64,000 nt of DNA, taken from assembly GCA_963666835.2 (NCBI GenBank), contig CAXXGO010000006.1, positions 2,528,001 to 2,592,000 on the forward strand, given 5' to 3'. Origin of the DNA: Phycisphaerae bacterium (GTDB lineage: Bacteria > Planctomycetota > Phycisphaerae > UBA1845). This document shows positions 57,580-64,000 of this stretch, piece after piece. Every line of letters starts with the position of its first letter. The stretch's first letter is position 1. Under the pieces are notes generated by a model. The model had not been told where the DNA came from. It worked only from the letters and a program-made list of their open reading frames with translations, and did not search any database. Made by a program: the position numbers and the translations under genes.

Positions 57580-58200
57580 ATGGACAACGTCACCACGCTT
57601 CCGTTGGAGGACTTCTTGGATCAAGTTGCTGCGCGTGTTCCCACGCCCGGTGGCGGCGGGGTGACGGCCGCTACGGGGGCTTTGGCCTGCGCGATGGCCC
57701 GCATGGTCGCGGCCTATTCGATGGGCAAGAAGACCTCCCCGGGAAACCGGATGCGCGTCGGGGCGCTCGGGCAACGTCTGCAGCGCGCCGATGAGCTACT
57801 GCGCGCCTTGGTGACGCAGGATGGAATCGCCTACACCAAGATGACCGAGGCGATCAAGAATGCCGGGGAGAACCCGAAGGACAAAGAGAAGCTCGCTGCA
57901 GCCGTCATGGGGGCCATCGCCGTGCCGATGGAGATGGCCGCCTTGGTTTCAGAGATCCTCGCCATTATGAACGAGTTCAAGGGCATGGCCAACCGCTACC
58001 TGCTCAGCGACCTCGGAGTGGCCGCGGTTCTGGCGGATGCCACGGCCCGGGCGGCCCGCTATTCCATTCAGGTCAACCTCGGGCAGCTTGAAGATGAGGA
58101 CACCCGTGCAAAAGTGCGGCGGGAGATTGACGAGACCGTTGATCATTGCTCGCGTCATCGCGCGTCGGTGGAGTCCTTTGTGCGCGGCAATCTGGAGTAG
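57580..58200 (+). CDS. Formiminotetrahydrofolate cyclodeaminase/cyclohydrolase family protein (FTCD_C)
   Basis: FLDQVAA..PTPGGG, D..AY, VP, LLSDLGVA, VNL. Confidence 0.88.
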   Translation: MDNVTTLPLEDFLDQVAARVPTPGGGGVTAATGALACAMARMVAAYSMGKKTSPGNRMRVGALGQRLQRADELLRALVTQDGIAYTKMTEAIKNAGENPKDKEKLAAAVMGAIAVPMEMAALVSEILAIMNEFKGMANRYLLSDLGVAAVLADATARAARYSIQVNLGQLEDEDTRAKVRREIDETVDHCSRHRASVESFVRGNLE

Positions 58201-58226
58201 TCGATCGCCGGCGGCCGATAGACGCG

Positions 58227-58478
58227 ATGATGGACGAACCTCCCTATCATCTGGAGATTGACGGACTCGAATCCGAGGAAACCACTCGGGCAGGGGGATC
58301 GAGCCTCCGCGGCCGGGCCTGGATCGGCATTCACTTCGACTGCTGCGGAGTCTACACCCGAATATACCGCAATCGGGCGGGAACCGCTTATCACGGGGCT
58401 TGCCCTAAGTGTGCGCGCACGGTGACCTTGCGCATAGGTCCGGATGGGACTGACGCGAGATTCTTCGTCGCGGAATGA
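58227..58478 (+). CDS. Small conserved-looking hypothetical protein with possible Zn site
   Basis: WIGIHFDCCGVYTRIYRN...Y.G.CPKC...RFF. Confidence 0.7.
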   Translation: MMDEPPYHLEIDGLESEETTRAGGSSLRGRAWIGIHFDCCGVYTRIYRNRAGTAYHGACPKCARTVTLRIGPDGTDARFFVAE

Positions 58479-58626
58479 GGGTTGTCTCGGCGAAACGCTC
58501 TTTACGCCGAAGCCGCGGCGGGCGGTGCGGGCTGGCCGGTGCGACGCGAGTGGCTACAATTCCGATCTGGTCGTGAGGCTCCTGCTGCCGAAGGTCTGTG
58601 AGGATTGATCGCCTGTGTTCAGTCAG

Positions 58627-59700
58627 ATGTTGTACGGACCCGACCTGCCCACGTGGGCTCTCTTTGCTGAGATGGCCCTTGCGGGGGCGGTTGTGATCGT
58701 GGCCGGTTCCCGTTTCACCTGTCTGGCGGATACCCTGGCGGATCGGTTGAACCTGGGGGGCGGGTGGATCGGGTTGATCTTGCTCGCAACGGTTACCAGC
58801 CTTCCCGAGCTGGTAAGCGGTGGGACGGCCACGGCCATCGGCAACGTGGATCTGGCGGTCGGAGCCATCTTCGGGAGCTGCTGTTTCAACATTACGCTTA
58901 TCTTCCTGTTGAATGCCATGAGGAAAGGCGGATCGGTTCTGCACGGGGTGCATGCAGCGCATTCTCTTTCGAGTTCGTCCGGGTTGGCGTTGATTGCTAT
59001 TGCGCTTCTGGGAATGGTAGTTGTCGAGAAGTTTTCGGCGAGCCTGGTGGTCGCGCAGCGGTGCGAACTGGCTTGGGCGGGGATCATCGTGGTTGCGTAC
59101 TTGGGTTGCATGCGGCTTATCTACAGCTTCGAGCGGTCCCAAAGAGCGGTTCAGAAGGAACATAGTGAAACGCCGCGGGAGCGGGTCGGGCCCGGTTTGT
59201 ATGTTCCTCTTGCCTTGACGGCTTTGATAATCGTGGCGGCTTCGTGGTGGCTCGCACAGATTGGCGATGTTCTCAGTACTCATGAGATAGAGCTGATCGG
59301 CCGGCCCTTGGGAGCGACCTTCGTCGGAGCCTGCTTCCTTGCGCTGGCTACGTCGCTTCCGGAGATTGTCACGAGCGTGGCGGCGGTGCGATTGGGGAAC
59401 CTGGACTTGGCGCTGGGCAATATCTTCGGCTCGAACATGTTCAACATCTTCGTTATTCCGGTCCTGAAGGTCGTCTCCGTAGCGAAAGGAGACCAGCTTC
59501 TGTTGGCGACCGATGCGGTGAACAGTACGCAAAACGTCATCACCGGTCTGTTGGCGATCCTGCTTAGCGCTATAGCGGTGGGCGGTTTGGCCTACCAGGG
59601 CAGACTGCGCACGATTCGCCGATACGGAATCGACTCGCTCCTCATCCTGGCCACGTATATCGGGGGAATGATCCTCCTTCTGTCCGGCCCGCAGCCGTAG
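58627..59700 (+). CDS. Sodium:calcium antiporter family protein (CaCA)
   Basis: Two alpha-repeats: TSLPEL...GAIFGS..FN and TSLPEI...GNIFGSNMFN. Confidence 0.92.
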   Translation: MLYGPDLPTWALFAEMALAGAVVIVAGSRFTCLADTLADRLNLGGGWIGLILLATVTSLPELVSGGTATAIGNVDLAVGAIFGSCCFNITLIFLLNAMRKGGSVLHGVHAAHSLSSSSGLALIAIALLGMVVVEKFSASLVVAQRCELAWAGIIVVAYLGCMRLIYSFERSQRAVQKEHSETPRERVGPGLYVPLALTALIIVAASWWLAQIGDVLSTHEIELIGRPLGATFVGACFLALATSLPEIVTSVAAVRLGNLDLALGNIFGSNMFNIFVIPVLKVVSVAKGDQLLLATDAVNSTQNVITGLLAILLSAIAVGGLAYQGRLRTIRRYGIDSLLILATYIGGMILLLSGPQP

Positions 59701-60135
59701 TTATGTGGCACGGTCGTGGCGCCAGACCTGCGACGAAGACGGACATCGCGCAGCGGTTGCGGCAGGTCTCGTTCCTCGACCGTGCCCTACAATGATCGCG
59801 ACTCGCTCATCACGGCTGGGTGGCCCATGTTCTATTGAGTTTCTGGAATGACAATGTTGTGGCAGAACCTTGCAGAGTAGAGTTGTTTGAACATGGGGGA
59901 GCCGATGACAATACGCGCTCGCACTCGCCGGCAGGTCTCGTTCCTCGACCGTGCCCTACAATGATCGCGACTCGCTCATCACGGCTGGGTGGCCCATGTT
60001 CTACTGAGTTACTGGAATGACAATATTGTGTCAGAACCTTGCAGAGTAGAGTTGTTTGAACATGGGGGAGCCGATGACAATACGCGCTCGCACTCGCCGG
60101 CAGGTCTCGTTCCTCGACCGTGCCCTACAGCCTTA

Positions 60136-60669
60136 TCACGTTTCGTTTTTGCTCAGCCATTCCCGTGCCAACCGGCGTACCGTTCGTTCGAGTTCCTTGA
60201 ATCCTCCGAACTCGCCGACCTTACCGTCGGCGAATTCCTCGGCAAGAACGTCGTCGAGATGGTCGTAGGTCCAGAAGCATGCGATGAAGTCCTGGAGTCC
60301 ATGCACGTTATCACCGAGTTGTACCGGTTCATTGCGGACATACACGGGGTAGTAGACGTCCTGCATGAAGTCGCTCAACCCGTCGCGCGGTTGGGTATCC
60401 CCGGCCACAATCCGGGCGAGGTGGTGTCGCGCGATAGTCCTGACTGCTTGGTCTCTCGAAGGTACACCGGTGCCGAGTTCTGCAAGTGCGGTTTCGAACA
60501 ATGGTCCGATCGTTGACAAGATCGGGTGCCTGGTTTCAGCCAGCTCCACCAGGGAAGGGGAGTATGAGCCGCTCAGCAGAGCTTGGTCAGCGGCAGCCCG
60601 GATGTCGTCACTCAGAGCGGTGCCGATCGAGTATCGCGCGGCCAACAGTTCCAGGGATGTCGGATCCAT
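60136..60669 (-). CDS. Hypothetical 177-aa protein embedded in the repeat array
   Basis: GGAGG upstream of ATG 60669; fills the unique interval between repeat copies 3 and 4; helical, globular composition. Confidence 0.72.
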   Translation of the reverse strand: MDPTSLELLAARYSIGTALSDDIRAAADQALLSGSYSPSLVELAETRHPILSTIGPLFETALAELGTGVPSRDQAVRTIARHHLARIVAGDTQPRDGLSDFMQDVYYPVYVRNEPVQLGDNVHGLQDFIACFWTYDHLDDVLAEEFADGKVGEFGGFKELERTVRRLAREWLSKNET

Positions 60670-60985
60670 TTGGACGCATACCTCCGCAAACCAATCACTG
60701 CAGTCGAGTATAGCAGCTAACCCCTCGGTGCAGCAAGGCGCACGGTCGGGGCGATGCAGGCCATTCGTGGCCACGCGCACTCGCTGGCAGGTCTCGTTCC
60801 TCGACCGTGCCCTACGAATCATCGGGGTGGCCCATGTTCTACTGAGTTTCTGGAATGACAATATTGTGTCAGAACCTTGCAGGGTAGGGTTGCCTGAACA
60901 TGGGGGAGCCGATGACAATACGCGCTCGTACTCGCCGGCAGGTCTCGTTCCTCGACCGTGCCCTACGGGATCAGGTGCATGGTGC

Positions 60986-61056
60986 CCCAGGGTGGCACTC
61001 CGCGGCTGCGCCGCTCCGTTTGACCCTGGGCTTTGTTGTTGAACGTCTTCGACGTA
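60986..61056 (+). repeat. Different REP-like palindrome (CCCAGGGT...ACCCTGGGCT) nested in the array
   Basis: CCCAGGGT and ACCCTGGG arms followed by the hairpin ACGTCTTCGACGT; single copy in this window. Confidence 0.5.
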
Positions 61057-61382
61057 CGTTCAGCCTTCGCACCTCCTAACATGGCAGGTCTCGTTCCTCG
61101 ACCATGCCCTACGAATCAACCGGGTGGTCTATCGCTTGAGCGGGGGGATGTCGTGTCGGAGTTATGAGGCGGACGGGCGGCTCGGCAACGACGCTGGAAG
61201 TAAGGAAGAAAATGCACGCATCCGCGTCCGATAACGGCTCCGGATTTCGCGGGAAATCCGTCCGGGAATGCGGTATACTGAAGGGCCTTGACGAGGTGAT
61301 TATCCGACGTACGCGCTGTGCGTGGACGATAGGCCTCGTCACCGGTCGGGCGGTTTCTTGTTTTCGGAGAGGAGAGAGGACC

Positions 61383-64000
61383 ATGCGACGGTTCTGTATC
61401 GGCATTATCTTCGGGATTTCGTTTGTTCCGGTTACGCCCCTTGCGGCGCAGACCGACGCGGAGTGGACCGCCGTTGACGGAGATTACTCCGCCGCCGGGA
61501 ACTGGAGCACTGCGCCGGACGTGCCCTGTAACGACGGCACCACGTATAACGTGACAATCGCTCCGACCGGGGCCGATGTGCTCTTCGACCTGGCCGCGTG
61601 TACGGTTGACACGCTGGACCTCGGGGCCGGGACGACCTTTACGATCAATCTCGGCAACGCGTTCACGATTGACACCGAAGCCCTCATCGGGGGCGGGGTG
61701 TTTGTGGATAGCGGATCATTCACCGCCCCGTTTGTGGATACCGGTTTCACCGGCACATCGGCGAGAGCAACGGCGGCCAGCGGGGCACAGGTTGTCATCC
61801 CGGCCACCACCTACCAAGGGACGGGAATCAGTTCCGGCGTGCTCTTCTCTGCGACTGGGGTCGGCACGCTGTTGGACCTGTCTGCGTTGACGGATATTGA
61901 CTGCTATGCGAACCACGGCGGTTCGCCGACTCGCATCATCTCGGCAACGGACGGAGGCCGTATCGACCTGTCCAGCCTCGAGAGTATCCGGGGCGGCTGG
62001 GGCATGAATGACGATCGTCTCGACATTATGATGACTGGAGGCGGCAGCATTGATCTTAGGAACCTGCGTTCCGTAACGGCGGGCAACGTCCGCTTCGCAG
62101 TGGAAGACTCCACGTTTGCTCTGCCGGCGCTGACCTCGGCCGTGGGGATGAGTTTCAGTATGGCTCCCTCTTCCACGCTGGACTTGCCGGCTCTGACGAC
62201 TCACTACACCGGGGGGTACGACGTTCCTCCGCTGGGCGTTGTGAATGCTGACGTCTTGGGCAGCCTCACCAGTGCGACTCTGGCGATCGGCGATCAGGGC
62301 ACGTTCAACGCCCCGGTGCTGACGATGTTCAACGGCAGCACGCTGACGCTCGGTCCGGATCAGACATTGAGTGTCCCGGCGTTTGCCGAGATTGACGATT
62401 CCAGGCTCTACCTGAGCGGCGGCGTGACGTATGCGGTGGCCGCGGATGTCGTCAGCGCTACCGGAATCAGTAGCGGGACCATCTACTCGGCTGAAGGGGT
62501 TGGTACGGTGTTGGACCTCTCGGCGATGGTCAGCTTCGATGCTCTGTGGAACCACGGTGGCGTGCCGACGCGGACGATCGCCGCAAGTGATGGGGGCGTT
62601 GTTGATTTGTCGGGTCTTACGACCATGCGCGGCGGGTGGGGCATCAACGATGATCGGTTGGATATATCAATGACCAGCGGGGGCGAGGTTGATCTTACGG
62701 CGTTGCAGTCGATAACCGGCGGCAACGTTCGTTTCGTATCGGATGCCGGCAGCCTTACACTCCCGATGTTAACCTCGGCGGTGGGGATGGGCTTCAGCAT
62801 GGTGCCAGACTCGACTCTGGAGCTTCCCGCTCTGTTGACACATGACACCGGGGGGTACGATGTTCCGACCGGCGGTGTGGTAAACGCCGCCGATCTTCAC
62901 AGCCTACTGAACGCCACTTTGGCGATCGGCGATGGCGGGACTTTCAATGCTCCGAGCCTCACTAAGTTCAACGGGAGCACGCTTACTCTCGGACCGAATC
63001 AGACCCTCAACGCGCCGCTGTTCACTGAACTCGACAACGGCAGGATCCACCTTAGCACAGGGAGCACGTTCGCCGTGGCCGCGTCTTCCTACATCGGGAC
63101 CGGGGTCAGCGGCGGGGAGATCTTCTCCGCCCGCGGGGCCGGAACCGTTTTGGATCTCTCCAGCTTCATCAGTTTCAACGCCCTCTACAATCATGGCGGG
63201 GTGCCCACGCGGACGATTCTTGGCAGCGATAACGGGTCCGTCGACCTTTCGGGCCTGCAGACCCTTGAAGGCGGATGGGCATTCAATGACGACCGCCTGG
63301 ACATCGTCGCCGAAGCCGGAGGAACTGTGGATATTTCGACGCTGCCGGCGGTGGCGGCCGGCCGGGTTCGGCTCAGAGCCGAGTCTGCCGGGCAGTTGCT
63401 GGCCGGGGCGATGTTGACGGTCGAGCACGTCCAGACGATCAACACGGACGGAATCGGGAGTCTGTTGGACCTTTCGTCGGTTACCGCCATGTATGGCAGC
63501 GGAACCGGCACGGTCAACGTTTCGGGCGGGGCGACGCTTGCCGCCGACAGTCTCGAAGTGGTGGACGGGCTGGCGTTTACCCTCGCCGGGCCGAGCACAT
63601 TGCGGCTGGCCGGGGCGACGACGATGACCGGCACGACGTTCAATTACAATGGCGGGACTATCAGCGGGGACGTCATTCTGGTTGATTCCACACTGGCGAA
63701 CGGCCCCGGGGGCACGGGAGCGGCTCGGTTTACTCTGCGAGGCGAATGCGCGTTCAGCGGTCACGTATCACTCGGTCAGACCGTTGTAATTCAGGGCGGC
63801 GGCTATGGTGACGCAAATGTGACAGCGGACGACGGGTTCGTTAATTCCGGTACGATTATCCTCGAGAGCATCAACGGCGGGTTGGCCTCGAAGTTGTTCG
63901 TGCAGAATGGTCAGTTGGAGAACGCCGCGGGCGGCACGATCAGCTTGTGGATTGGGACCGGTGGTAACCGGTCATTGGAAGCCGAGCTGGTGAATCGCGG
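61383..64000 (+). CDS. Giant secreted repeat protein (LRR/beta-solenoid-like adhesin or surface protein); 3' end outside the window
   Basis: Not in the ORF track because it has no stop. AGAGGA RBS, then MRRFCIGIIFGISFVPVTPLAAQTDAEW...AGNWS; open to the end of the window; repeated LDLS.L, NHGG.PTR and GGW..NDDRLDI units. Confidence 0.88.
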   Translation, partial: MRRFCIGIIFGISFVPVTPLAAQTDAEWTAVDGDYSAAGNWSTAPDVPCNDGTTYNVTIAPTGADVLFDLAACTVDTLDLGAGTTFTINLGNAFTIDTEALIGGGVFVDSGSFTAPFVDTGFTGTSARATAASGAQVVIPATTYQGTGISSGVLFSATGVGTLLDLSALTDIDCYANHGGSPTRIISATDGGRIDLSSLESIRGGWGMNDDRLDIMMTGGGSIDLRNLRSVTAGNVRFAVEDSTFALPALTSAVGMSFSMAPSSTLDLPALTTHYTGGYDVPPLGVVNADVLGSLTSATLAIGDQGTFNAPVLTMFNGSTLTLGPDQTLSVPAFAEIDDSRLYLSGGVTYAVAADVVSATGISSGTIYSAEGVGTVLDLSAMVSFDALWNHGGVPTRTIAASDGGVVDLSGLTTMRGGWGINDDRLDISMTSGGEVDLTALQSITGGNVRFVSDAGSLTLPMLTSAVGMGFSMVPDSTLELPALLTHDTGGYDVPTGGVVNAADLHSLLNATLAIGDGGTFNAPSLTKFNGSTLTLGPNQTLNAPLFTELDNGRIHLSTGSTFAVAASSYIGTGVSGGEIFSARGAGTVLDLSSFISFNALYNHGGVPTRTILGSDNGSVDLSGLQTLEGGWAFNDDRLDIVAEAGGTVDISTLPAVAAGRVRLRAESAGQLLAGAMLTVEHVQTINTDGIGSLLDLSSVTAMYGSGTGTVNVSGGATLAADSLEVVDGLAFTLAGPSTLRLAGATTMTGTTFNYNGGTISGDVILVDSTLANGPGGTGAARFTLRGECAFSGHVSLGQTVVIQGGGYGDANVTADDGFVNSGTIILESINGGLASKLFVQNGQLENAAGGTISLWIGTGGNRSLEAELVNR

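Larger units (their letters stand above)
59707..61112. repeat. Composite REP array: six direct copies of a 30-bp GTAG-type REP with three copies of a 121-139 bp hairpin linker
   Basis: GGCAGGTCTCGTTCCTCGACCGTGCCCTAC at 59761, 59930, 60099, 60786, 60937 and 61083 (last with one mismatch); degenerate inverted copy at 59707-59731; first three copies have a 169-bp period. Confidence 0.92.

Noticed and set aside
59820..60516. Repeated small ORFs MAHVLLS.WNDN... as a peptide family
   Set aside because: They are translations of the non-coding repeat unit; the 169-bp period is not a multiple of three and there is no RBS.
59761..61112. CRISPR array (30-bp palindromic direct repeats)
   Set aside because: Intervals are 116-657 bp, three are near-identical to each other, the repeat also occurs dispersed at 28648, and there are no cas genes in the window.

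Overview
This 64 kb window is GC-rich bacterial DNA. Its gene content (DUF4159 and DUF1579 proteins, Cys-rich dockerin-tailed secreted proteins, an EpsI-like protein plus a large TPR protein, GTAG-type REP palindromes) suggests Planctomycetota, probably Phycisphaerae; this is an inference. From left to right it holds: (1) part of a lipid/polyketide-like cluster on the minus strand (OleC-like, OleD-like, FabF-type KS, ACP, truncated phytoene-desaturase-family oxidoreductase) with a nearby Cys-less KS/chain-length-factor-like gene; (2) dacB and large secreted Cys-rich proteins; (3) a flippase-GT2-GT-C glycosylation triad; (4) a frameshifted ECF sigma with its anti-sigma; (5) rplU, an Asp-ligated ferredoxin, a degenerate RluA-RlmI/K fusion, two PLP enzymes, an HD-GYP protein with QD instead of HD, a transglutaminase and a dicarboxylate symporter; (6) kdsB-pyrG followed by an orphan adenine methyltransferase; (7) rhodanese-MauE/DoxX, EpsI-like, TPR, two CNNM/CBS genes, a two-domain aspartyl protease, a cyclodeaminase and a Na/Ca antiporter. 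A complex REP-repeat array (59.7-61.1 kb) encloses a cassette-like orphan gene. A truncated giant secreted protein with exact 213-aa repeats runs off the right edge. I could not support any rRNA, tRNA, CRISPR array or transposase. All family assignments come from motif recognition, not database searches.
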